Source of the DNA: a virus
Lineage: Duplodnaviria > Caudoviricetes
Virus record (IMG/VR): IMGVR_UViG_3300010361_000025
Location: 1-33,229 of that record
Reading direction: 5' to 3' (one strand)
Length of the DNA: 33,229 bases
Positions 1-7,309 of this stretch are shown one piece after another. The notes beneath the pieces were generated by a model. It was not told where the DNA came from, made no database searches, and saw only the letters and a program-made list of their open reading frames with translations. A program made the translations under genes and the position numbers. Numbering within the stretch: the stretch's first letter is position 1; every line of letters starts with the position of its first letter.

Positions 1-49
1 AAAAAAAAAAAAAAAAACCAACACAAACCACCCCTAAACACATGAACTC

Positions 50-94
50 CCTATACAAACCCTAAACCAAATCCTATACAAACCCTAAACCAAA
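50..94 (+). repeat. Tandem 23-bp direct repeat (CCTATACAAACCCTAAACCAAA x2) in a G-poor A/C-rich tract
   Basis: Copies at 50-71 and 73-94. CCCTAAA also occurs at 32-38. Only one G in bases 1-110; a 17-nt poly-A run begins the window. Confidence 0.85.
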
Positions 95-95
95 A

Positions 96-271
96 ATCTC
101 TTACTATATCGCGCCCGCGAGGCAACCGACTCTCTACGCGGACACTCGTTCGAGCGCGTACGCTTAGAGCAGTTGTCTACCGGGTCGGGCGCGCGCGATA
201 AGCGCGTACGTGCGCGTACACGACACCGCGATCTTGGGCAGCTCGCGCGCGCCGACGCGATATAGAAGAGA
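96..271. repeat. Palindromic non-coding element with inverted TCTCTT(A)CTATATCGCG ends and GCGCGTAC iterations
   Basis: 97-113 TCTCTTACTATATCGCG versus the reverse complement of 256-271, TCTCTTCTATATCGCG. Inner inverted repeat 188-198/243-253. GCGCGTAC at 154, 202 and 212. Confidence 0.75.
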
Positions 272-274
272 CAA

Positions 275-303
275 TAGACTTTTCGACTTGAATCAGGTAG
301 ACT
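275..303 (+). promoter_or_regulatory. SigA/sigma70-type promoter TAGACT-17bp-TAGACT
   Basis: -35 at 275-280, exact 17-bp spacer, -10 (TANNNT) at 298-303, upstream of a hairpin and RBS for the CDS at 354. Confidence 0.65.
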
Positions 304-311
304 TCGAAATC

Positions 312-329
312 CGACCCCTTACGGGGTCG
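312..329 (+). other. 5'-leader stem-loop CGACCCC-TTAC-GGGGTCG
   Basis: Perfect 7-bp stem at the predicted transcript 5' end, followed by an A/C-rich tract and AGGAGG. Confidence 0.65.
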
Positions 330-353
330 CAAACAAAACAAAAGGAGGGAGCA

Positions 354-743
354 ATGCCAAGACCACGTAAAAGCGCAGCCCTAAGCACAGAGCAGCTCGC
401 TTACCTGGCCGGCATCTATGAAGCGACGTTGGGACTCAGGGGCGTCGGAACCAACGGTGCGTGCGGGATCTCCAACACCGAGGAGTGGCCGCAGTACATG
501 GCTGCGACATACGGTGGCAATGCCACGGCGTTCACGTCGAACGCTGGAAAGACGATTTGGGGATGGTGGGTGCCGATTCCACGCAGGCTGGAGATCACCA
601 ACCTGCTAAAAGAGGCTGGTGTGTGCAAGACGCTCACCATTGAGGATTGGGACAAGGTGATCAACAAGCAGAAGAAGTGGGTTGACAACTTGGAGTACAG
701 CGACTCTGAAAAGCCGGATGGAAGCGGGCCGGTCGGGAAGTGA
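354..743 (+). CDS. Hypothetical protein, degenerate LAGLIDADG-like domain (129 aa)
   Basis: ATG at 354 after AAGGAGG. QLAYLAGIYEA resembles the LAYLAGLIDxEG helix; downstream ISNTE, YGG and WxWxV match the spacing typical of the fold. Confidence 0.55.
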   Translation: MPRPRKSAALSTEQLAYLAGIYEATLGLRGVGTNGACGISNTEEWPQYMAATYGGNATAFTSNAGKTIWGWWVPIPRRLEITNLLKEAGVCKTLTIEDWDKVINKQKKWVDNLEYSDSEKPDGSGPVGK

Positions 744-769
744 ACCCGGAAATAGCGGGATTTCACGAC

Positions 770-798
770 TAGACTTCATCGAGTCCAGCTAGTAGAAT
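770..798 (+). promoter_or_regulatory. SigA/sigma70-type promoter TAGACT-17bp-TAGAAT
   Basis: -35 at 770-775, 17-bp spacer, -10 at 793-798; same -35 hexamer as the promoter at 275. Confidence 0.7.
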
Positions 799-802
799 AG
801 GC

Positions 803-890
803 GGAGTGCCCCGGCGACGAGGGTGGTGCTGTGACGAGTCTCCATCCTCGTGCCAATCGTCAGACCCGGTTGGGCACGCCGGGGCGCTCC
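803..890 (+). ncRNA. Candidate structured RNA (three-way junction) in the 5' leader of the CDS at 913
   Basis: P1 803-816/877-890 (14 bp), P2 817-826/842-851 (10 bp), P3 about 852-859/867-875. Non-Watson-Crick positions in the stems are G-U pairs apart from one bulge in P3. Confidence 0.6.
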
Positions 891-912
891 TGAAATCAAA
901 CAAAGGAAACCA

Positions 913-1287
913 ATGGGTGAGATCACCCGCGCGCTTCTGATGAAGATGTGCGCAGAAGCAACCATAGAGGCAGTGGACAACCTTCTGCAGACCAGCCAGC
1001 TTCTCGGTGGGCTAGCCAAGGCCGTGATGGAGGAGCAGGAGGCAGCCGACCTGGTGAACCCAGAGCAGCTGATTGAAGCATCTGCAAGATGCATTGACAC
1101 CATCGAGTTGATTGTGGAAGCAGCTCGACCGCCCGAGCACGAGCTGAGCGACTGGGAGCAGACGAACCTCCATCATGAGCTAGTCCAGGTGCGCAACCAA
1201 CTACAGAGGATGCGCAACCAGCTTCTCAACATACCCAACGACGTAAAGGAGGACAGTGGACGTTCTGACATACAACAGGATGCCTGA
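913..1287 (+). CDS. Hypothetical helical/coiled-coil protein (124 aa)
   Basis: ATG at 913 after CAAACAAAGGA; Leu/Glu/Gln-rich helical sequence. Confidence 0.75.
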   Translation: MGEITRALLMKMCAEATIEAVDNLLQTSQLLGGLAKAVMEEQEAADLVNPEQLIEASARCIDTIELIVEAARPPEHELSDWEQTNLHHELVQVRNQLQRMRNQLLNIPNDVKEDSGRSDIQQDA

Positions 1288-1483
1288 TACATCGGCGTCC
1301 GAGACGCCAGTTGTGATGACGGACATCGTGCGCGTCGAGACCACCATCGTGAGCGACGGGGGCGAGCAGTTCCAGGTCATGCTGTTGGACGCCGACGACT
1401 CCTTTGACGTCGCGGTGAAGTGGCCCAACGGCGAGAGCGAGATTGTATGGAGCCTGGTGCGGGAGCGCACCATCGAGGGATAG
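1256..1483 (+). CDS. Hypothetical small acidic protein
   Basis: Fills the gap between neighbours. The start is uncertain (GTG 1256 after AAGGAGG, or ATG 1280). Confidence 0.65.
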   Translation: MDVLTYNRMPDTSASETPVVMTDIVRVETTIVSDGGEQFQVMLLDADDSFDVAVKWPNGESEIVWSLVRERTIEG

Positions 1484-1484
1484 G

Positions 1485-2033
1485 GTGCGCGGCATCTTCG
1501 CGGTTGACCCAGGCGGCCACACCGGCATAGCCTGGTGCATCCTCAACGAGCGGCATCAGGGGTATGCGTGGGAAGCGGTACGCGACCGGCAGCACTCGGC
1601 GTCTTGCACCATCGATGGAACGGAGCGCGAGCAGATCCGCGCGCTCTACATCCTCTGGACGAGCTTCAAGCGGCGCTGCGTGAAGACGCACCAGATGGAG
1701 CCGGGGTGGATTGACCTCGTCGTGGAAGACTTCGTGCTGTTCCCAGGCGAGAAGCCAGGCCGCCAGACGACGATCCCGGAGCGCGTGGCCTGGGGATTCG
1801 AGGGGTACAGGATGGCGATGTACGACAAGTACCGGCCTCAACTCGATCCGCCGCGCAAGCACATGTCCCCGACCATCTGGCAGAAGTCGGCGGCGGCCAG
1901 CCGCTTCTTCAAGGATCGTGAACTGATGACTCAGGCGGACTGCTGGATCAAAGGGCGCGAGCATGAACGGTCAGCCTTTGCTCATATCATCTTGAGGACG
2001 AACATCCTCATGGACGGGCACGCACCGGCGTGA
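1485..2033 (+). CDS. RuvC-like Holliday junction resolvase
   Basis: N-terminal IFAVDPGGHTGIAW, central LVVEDF and C-terminal HERSAFAH fit the RNase H-fold phage resolvase pattern. GTG start just after the upstream stop. Confidence 0.75.
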   Translation: MRGIFAVDPGGHTGIAWCILNERHQGYAWEAVRDRQHSASCTIDGTEREQIRALYILWTSFKRRCVKTHQMEPGWIDLVVEDFVLFPGEKPGRQTTIPERVAWGFEGYRMAMYDKYRPQLDPPRKHMSPTIWQKSAAASRFFKDRELMTQADCWIKGREHERSAFAHIILRTNILMDGHAPA

Positions 2034-2182
2034 TGGCACATCCAGTCTGCGGCACCTGCCGGCGTTTCGCCAAATGGGACGCCGCCATGCTGATCTGGCG
2101 TTGCCCTATCTGCGCAGCCGCGATCTCGGCCGAGGAGCTGTATCGGCTGATGCACAACGCGGCGAAGCGTTACGCGAGTTAG
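2033..2182 (+). CDS. Zinc-ribbon microprotein (49 aa), absent from the ORF track
   Basis: TGATG overlap with the resolvase stop. MAHPVCGTCRRFAKWDAAMLIWRCPICAAAISAEELYRLMHNAAKRYAS has two CxxC pairs. Confidence 0.75.
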   Translation: MAHPVCGTCRRFAKWDAAMLIWRCPICAAAISAEELYRLMHNAAKRYAS

Positions 2183-2192
2183 CGTGATGGCC

Positions 2193-2250
2193 ATCTCTTA
2201 TATATCGCGCGCGTAACGTACGCGCGTACACGCGCGCGTACGCGCGACAC
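2193..2250. repeat. Alternating purine-pyrimidine tract sharing motifs with 96-271
   Basis: ATCTCTTATATATCGCGC (2193-2210) matches 96-114 with a single gap. GCGCGTAC at 2222 and 2234. Confidence 0.75.
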
Positions 2251-2282
2251 CCCACCTGGAACGGGGCCATCCTTTGCCGCCC

Positions 2283-2311
2283 TTTACGCGAGGAGCGAGC
2301 TTCGCTAGACT
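2283..2311 (+). promoter_or_regulatory. Promoter TTTACG-17bp-TAGACT, probably giving a leaderless mRNA at the head of the structural operon
   Basis: -10 at 2306-2311 ends 6 nt before ATG 2318, with no SD sequence in between. Confidence 0.6.
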
Positions 2312-2317
2312 CCCGGC

Positions 2318-2530
2318 ATGTCAACTCCCCGCTGGCCCGATCCGAGCCTTCGCCCATTGCCGGTGGAGGATCTCTGGGCAAGAGGGCCGGAGTGGGAAGT
2401 CCTGCTGCGCGATCCTACCAACATCGGTGAGGGCCGCGAGTTCTGGTGGGATCCTGTCCACGGATGGATCAAGCACGAAGGCCCGACCATCGAGGTCACG
2501 ATCCCGCCCGACCACACGAGGCCATACTGA
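2318..2530 (+). CDS. Hypothetical Trp/Pro-rich protein (70 aa)
   Basis: Its stop overlaps the TerS start (TGATG); positioned at the predicted promoter start. Confidence 0.65.
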   Translation: MSTPRWPDPSLRPLPVEDLWARGPEWEVLLRDPTNIGEGREFWWDPVHGWIKHEGPTIEVTIPPDHTRPY

Positions 2531-3201
2531 TGGCCAAGGCTCGGCCTCTTCGCAAGCAGAGCCAGAAGTGGAAGAAGATCCAGGCCCGTGACGAGCGCAA
2601 GCCGTCTGTCTGCGGAGCGATCACGCGAGGAACCAAAACGGGTTGCAAGCGACCGGCGGGATGGGGCACCAACCATATTGGGATCGGCCGCTGTAAGACT
2701 CATACTGGTCAATCGCCGAGCGGACGTAAGAACTCCATCGTGGTTGAGGCGCAGCAGTTCATGGGCGCGCCCAAGGACATCAACCCGCTCGACGCGATCA
2801 TGTGGTGCATTCGGATTACGGCGGGCGAGGTCGAATGGCTGAGCCGCGAGATCGCGAAGGTGCCAATGGAGCAATGGGTCGAGGTCGCCTACATCGGCCG
2901 ACAGATGAACGTCTTGCAGCGCTCGCGGGCCGATGCGCAGGACAGGCTCGTTCGTTACAGCCGCGATGCGATCCAGCTGGGACTGGCGGAACGCGCGGTC
3001 AAGCTCGCCGAGAACTTCGGCATGATGATTGCGCGTCTGCTGGAGAACATCGCGGCTGAGTTGGAACTGAGTCGCAAGCAGAAGGAGATGTGGCCGACGA
3101 TCATTCGTCGGCAGTTGATCTTACTTGAGGGCGGGGTGCCACCTGAGCCCGCCGAACTGGTCGAGGGTGAGGTCATTGCCGAAGTCGAAGACGCAGCTTA
3201 G
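2530..3201 (+). CDS. terS: Terminase small subunit (putative)
   Basis: N-terminal CGAxTR..GC..PAGWGTxHxGxGRCKxH (HGGxSTG-like) motif and helical body; immediately upstream of TerL. Confidence 0.7.
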   Translation: MAKARPLRKQSQKWKKIQARDERKPSVCGAITRGTKTGCKRPAGWGTNHIGIGRCKTHTGQSPSGRKNSIVVEAQQFMGAPKDINPLDAIMWCIRITAGEVEWLSREIAKVPMEQWVEVAYIGRQMNVLQRSRADAQDRLVRYSRDAIQLGLAERAVKLAENFGMMIARLLENIAAELELSRKQKEMWPTIIRRQLILLEGGVPPEPAELVEGEVIAEVEDAA

Positions 3202-4681
3202 GCGCGAAGCGGGCCTGGTGCCCGAGTACGACCACTTGCCAGAGGGCACGGTTGATGCGACGCTGCGTTACCTCTTCCCCGAGCCAGCGCCGTATCTGGA
3301 CAGCGCGGCTGATTGGGTGCGAGACATCCTCAAGGAAGAGATCTGGTCTGCGCAGGAGCAGATCTGCCAGTCAGTGGCCGCGAACCGCTACACAGCGGTC
3401 AAAGCATGTCATGGCCCCGGTAAGTCATTCATTGCCGCGAGGATCGGCTGCTGGTGGCTCAACGTTCATAAGCTAGGCGATGCATTCCTCGTCACGACCG
3501 CTCCGAGCTGGCCGCAGGTTCAGGCGATCCTCTGGCGGGAGATTCGGCGGGCTTGGCGCATTGGACGGTTGCCGGGCCGCATTACCCTCGAATGTCAATG
3601 GTACATGGGCGAGGGGAGAAGCGACGAAGAACTGATCGCAATGGGCCGTAAGCCCGCCGACTACAATGAGCAAGCATTCCAGGGACTGCATGCTCGCTAC
3701 ATCCTCATCGTGATCGATGAGGCATGCGGCGTACCTGAGACTCTGTGGACAGCGGTGATGACGCTGATGACGAACGAGAACGCTCGCGTGCTAGCCATCG
3801 GCAACCCGGACGATCCTGGCAGCTACTTTGCGAATGTCTGCAAGCCAGGCAGCGGCTGGAACGTGATCTCCATCTCCGCGTTCGACACTCCGAACTTCAC
3901 CGGTGAGACGATCCCGGACGACATGGCCGAGAACCTGGTCACTCCTCTGTGGGTCGAAGATCGACGGCGTGATTGGGGCGAAGGCTCACCCCTCTGGCAA
4001 GCCAAGGTGCTTGCCGAGTTCCCCGACATAAGTGATGAGTACCTGATCACGCCGTCGATGATTCAGAAGGGAATCGACACAGACCTGCCCGGCATCGAGA
4101 AGGGCCGGTATGGTGCAGACGTGTCGAGGATGGGCGTAGACAAGACGGTCGTGTACCGCAATCGTGGGGGCGTCATCAGGTATGTGGACTCCTGGGGGAT
4201 GCTGGACACCATGAAGACGACCGGCAAGTTCAAGCTCATCCTCGACCAGCACCATCGGACGAACCGACCGAACATGGTGATTGACATCATCGGTCTCGGG
4301 TCTGGCGTCTTCGACCGTCTGCGCGAGATGGGCTACCCGGCGTCACCGTTCAACGGAGCCGAGCGCGCGTACCGGCCAGACAAGTTCAAGAACCGTCGTG
4401 CCGAAATCTACTGGACGTTCCGCGACAATTTGGAGAACGGCAACATCGACCTCGACCCAGACGACTTGCTTCTGCAAGAGCAGTTGCAGAACATCAAGTG
4501 GTGGGTCGATAGCTCGGGCCGCATTCAGATCGAGTCTAAAGACGACATGCGTGAGCGCGGGGTGAAGTCTCCAGACCGCGCTGACGCCTGCGTCTACTCG
4601 ACGGTGCACTCTGGCCCTCTGATTGTTCAGCCGATTGCCAAGGGCAGTATCGCCTCCGATCTACTCACGATGGAGATGTGA
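3176..4681 (+). CDS. terL: Terminase large subunit
   Basis: Walker A ACHGPGKS, Walker B IVIDEA, coupling motif IGNP, nuclease motifs GADVSR..DKTV and SPDRADA. Start uncertain (TTG 3176 preferred; GTG 3218 possible). Confidence 0.95.
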   Translation: MPKSKTQLRREAGLVPEYDHLPEGTVDATLRYLFPEPAPYLDSAADWVRDILKEEIWSAQEQICQSVAANRYTAVKACHGPGKSFIAARIGCWWLNVHKLGDAFLVTTAPSWPQVQAILWREIRRAWRIGRLPGRITLECQWYMGEGRSDEELIAMGRKPADYNEQAFQGLHARYILIVIDEACGVPETLWTAVMTLMTNENARVLAIGNPDDPGSYFANVCKPGSGWNVISISAFDTPNFTGETIPDDMAENLVTPLWVEDRRRDWGEGSPLWQAKVLAEFPDISDEYLITPSMIQKGIDTDLPGIEKGRYGADVSRMGVDKTVVYRNRGGVIRYVDSWGMLDTMKTTGKFKLILDQHHRTNRPNMVIDIIGLGSGVFDRLREMGYPASPFNGAERAYRPDKFKNRRAEIYWTFRDNLENGNIDLDPDDLLLQEQLQNIKWWVDSSGRIQIESKDDMRERGVKSPDRADACVYSTVHSGPLIVQPIAKGSIASDLLTMEM

Positions 4682-4830
4682 TGCTGTGGGCTACCAGCGT
4701 TCCGACAGATGTGTACATAGCTGTTCCAGCTGGCGTCGCCATCGCTCTGATCTCAACGGTGGGCTGGTATATCTACAAAAAGAAGGGCGGCAAGGATGAC
4801 CCACCGCCGCCGACAGGAGGGCCATCATGA
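4681..4830 (+). CDS. Single-pass membrane microprotein (49 aa), possible lysis accessory/holin
   Basis: TGATG and ATGA overlaps on both sides. MLWATSVPTDVYIAVPAGVAIALISTVGWYIYKKKGGKDDPPPPTGGPS is a hydrophobic helix followed by KKK. Confidence 0.75.
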   Translation: MLWATSVPTDVYIAVPAGVAIALISTVGWYIYKKKGGKDDPPPPTGGPS

Positions 4831-5738
4831 CTGATTGGTGGGAGAAACCGTATCCTGGCGGCCCAATGGTCGCAGTAAGAGGCTTCCCGCGTGCCTTGTA
4901 TCCTCCGGACGCAGCGCCTGGTCATAAGCCGTCCATTGACGGCCCTGACGTGGAGGCTTACAAGCGGACGGTCTCGCGGGCTGGCCGCTGGAAGTGGCAA
5001 GCGTTCGACCAAGCTTTCTCGAACGGCTTCAGTCATGGAAAGTCCAGCAATGTCCTCGACACCGGCATTGCTGGCATCCAGCGGCAACAGAACATGGAAC
5101 CGCCGACGGGATTCGTCGGTGAGAAGACATTCAACACTTTGCGGTCAATCAAGATCCCTGCGGGCTTGCCGCACGCTGGCGAGATGGCGATGGATGCCCG
5201 TTCCGTCGAACTCATAAATGCCGCGTGGGACGAGTTCAAAGGGAAGGAGCCTGCGCCGTCCCCAACAACCCCAGCGGCGCAGGCTCGCCTAGCGCGAGCT
5301 GTTCCCGAGATCGGCACCAAGGAATCTCCGGCCAACTCAAACCAGTGCAAGTATACCGACTGGTACAACATGGTTGGCCCTTGGTGCGCTATGTTCGTCA
5401 CCTGGTGTGATCAGACCGGCGCGAACCCAACCAAGAGCTTCGCGAAGGGGAACAAGTACGCCTACGTGCCGTACGTGGTGTCGGATGCGCGGATGGGGTA
5501 CAACGGTCTCTCCGTTACTAGCTCGCCGCAACCTGGCGATCTCGTCTGCTTCGACTGGGATCGCAACGGCGAGTTCGATCACATCGGGATCTTCGAAAAG
5601 GATCTGGCTGGAAGTCAGTTTCAATGCATCGAGGGGAACACTTCCGACAGTAATCAATCGAACGGCGGCGAAGTCATGCGCAGGACGCGCGACACCGCAG
5701 CGTATGGCGTTGTCTTCGTACGAGTGAAGGAGACGTGA
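4827..5738 (+). CDS. Endolysin: N-terminal peptidoglycan-binding-like domain plus C-terminal CHAP domain
   Basis: CHAP motifs PWCAMFVTW, PQPGDLVCFDW, DHIGI and IEGNT. PGBD-like GPDVEAYKR...IQRQQN...TGFVGEKT. Confidence 0.88.
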   Translation: MTDWWEKPYPGGPMVAVRGFPRALYPPDAAPGHKPSIDGPDVEAYKRTVSRAGRWKWQAFDQAFSNGFSHGKSSNVLDTGIAGIQRQQNMEPPTGFVGEKTFNTLRSIKIPAGLPHAGEMAMDARSVELINAAWDEFKGKEPAPSPTTPAAQARLARAVPEIGTKESPANSNQCKYTDWYNMVGPWCAMFVTWCDQTGANPTKSFAKGNKYAYVPYVVSDARMGYNGLSVTSSPQPGDLVCFDWDRNGEFDHIGIFEKDLAGSQFQCIEGNTSDSNQSNGGEVMRRTRDTAAYGVVFVRVKET

Positions 5739-5821
5739 TGAACAGAACCTGGACAGCAACTGAAGTTTTTGTCCTCGGAATCTTCATCGTGCTTCTGGTC
5801 GAGCTGATCCATACCTGGTAA
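5738..5821 (+). CDS. Membrane micropeptide (27 aa)
   Basis: AAGGAG RBS, TGATG and TAATG overlaps exactly filling the gap; MNRTWTATEVFVLGIFIVLLVELIHTW. Confidence 0.7.
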   Translation: MNRTWTATEVFVLGIFIVLLVELIHTW

Positions 5822-7308
5822 TGGCTCGGCCGAAGACAACCACGAACACCGGCGCTGCTCCTCCACTCAACGAGCTGGGGACGGTTCTCAACGGGAACTT
5901 CTCGCCCGCTGGGATGGCTCCGTGGATCACGTGGGTCGATGTCGAGGAGACCGTACCGCAACTCAGGTGGCCGCTGTCGGTACGGACGTACCAGCAGATG
6001 CGGACGGATTCGCAGATCGCTGCGTTGTACGACGCGACCCTGCTCGCCATTCTCAAGATGGACTGGCTGATCGACCCGAATGGCGCATCGTCCGAGATGG
6101 TCAACAAGCTCTCGACCGATTACAACATCCCGATCCTCGGTCAGAAGAGTGACAATATCAAGCGCGGGCGTCTGAAGAATCGGTTCAGCTTCCGCAACCA
6201 TCTGCGGCTCGCGTTCAAAGCCGGGATCTACGGCCACTACTACTTTGAGCAAGTCGGCTACATCGGTGACGGCCGTAACGGACGACCGAGTGACGGGCTG
6301 TGGCACCTTCGTAAGCTCGCGGAGCGCCCGCCTATTACCATCCAGGAGTTCCGCGTAGCCGACGACGGCGGGCTGGTCTCGATTGTACAGAACGTCGTAC
6401 AACCGAACGCAGCATCCTGGCAGAACCCGGTTCCCGAGATCCCGATTGACCGGCTGGTCGCGTACGTCTGGGACAAGGAGGGTGCCAACTGGGCTGGTCG
6501 CTCGTGGTTCCGCGAATGCTATAAGAACTGGCTGATCAAGGATCGGCTGATTCGCATCGACGCGATCAACCACGAACGCGCGGGCGGCGTGCCGTATATC
6601 GTCGCTCATCCCGGCGCGACGAATGATGAGGTCGATGAGCTGAACCGGATGGCGCAGGCGTTCCGCGTCGGAGACACTGCCGGCGGCGCTGTTCCTTCCG
6701 GGGCCAAGTTTGAGATCGCGCGAGGTCTACAGTCTTCGGTCATCAACTCGGTCGAGTACCACGATCAGGCGATGGCCCGTAAGTTCATGCTGATGGTCAT
6801 GCAGCTGGGACAAACCCGAACGGGGTCGCGCGCGCTCGGCACTACGTTCGTGGACTTCTGGGCAGCCGGGATGGAGGCTATCGCCTGGTGGTTTACGGAC
6901 ATCTTCAACGAGTTCGTCATCGAGGATGACATCGACTGGAACTGGGGTGAGAACGTCGAGCAAGTACCGATTCTCAAGTTCGACTTCGACCCAGAGCTGG
7001 TCGCGGCTGACCTCGTTCAGCTGATCTCGACAGGCGCAATCATCGTGGACGACGAACTGGAGGCAGAGATCCGCAAAGAGATGCATCTGCCGCCAGCTCA
7101 GCATCCCCGTCCTGTTCCCGCTCCGCTACCTCCTGGAGCTGGCGTACAGGAGTTGCCGCCACCGCCAAAGGATCCGAACGTACCGGATCCAAACAAGGTT
7201 CTGGAGATCGAAAAGGAGAAGGCAAAGAATCCAGCTCCAGTTCTGCCTCCAGGGCAGCCGTCAAAGTCTACGCCTCCGTCGAGCGCCAAGCCAAAGGTAG
7301 GGGCGTAG
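5821..7308 (+). CDS. Portal protein (Mu gp29/DUF935-like) with Pro-rich C-terminal tail
   Basis: 495 aa after TerL; motifs MRTDSQIAA, YGHYYFEQV, GRSWFRECYKNW, ERAGGVP, GSRALG. Confidence 0.9.
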   Translation: MARPKTTTNTGAAPPLNELGTVLNGNFSPAGMAPWITWVDVEETVPQLRWPLSVRTYQQMRTDSQIAALYDATLLAILKMDWLIDPNGASSEMVNKLSTDYNIPILGQKSDNIKRGRLKNRFSFRNHLRLAFKAGIYGHYYFEQVGYIGDGRNGRPSDGLWHLRKLAERPPITIQEFRVADDGGLVSIVQNVVQPNAASWQNPVPEIPIDRLVAYVWDKEGANWAGRSWFRECYKNWLIKDRLIRIDAINHERAGGVPYIVAHPGATNDEVDELNRMAQAFRVGDTAGGAVPSGAKFEIARGLQSSVINSVEYHDQAMARKFMLMVMQLGQTRTGSRALGTTFVDFWAAGMEAIAWWFTDIFNEFVIEDDIDWNWGENVEQVPILKFDFDPELVAADLVQLISTGAIIVDDELEAEIRKEMHLPPAQHPRPVPAPLPPGAGVQELPPPPKDPNVPDPNKVLEIEKEKAKNPAPVLPPGQPSKSTPPSSAKPKVGA

Positions 7309-7309
7309 T

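Noticed and set aside
32-89. CCCTAAA units identical to the plant telomere repeat
   Set aside because: Only three non-contiguous copies embedded in a longer repeat; not a telomeric array, and the adjoining sequence is clearly phage.
50-94. 23-bp repeat as a CRISPR array
   Set aside because: Two adjacent copies with no spacer, and no cas genes in the window.
210-353. N-terminal extension of the first ORF from GTG 210
   Set aside because: It runs through the palindrome, promoter and hairpin; ATG 354 has the strong RBS.
827-896. Hammerhead ribozyme or tRNA reading of the structured leader
   Set aside because: CTGTGAC does not match the CUGANGA core, GAAA lies outside the junction, and there is no T-loop or anticodon cloverleaf.
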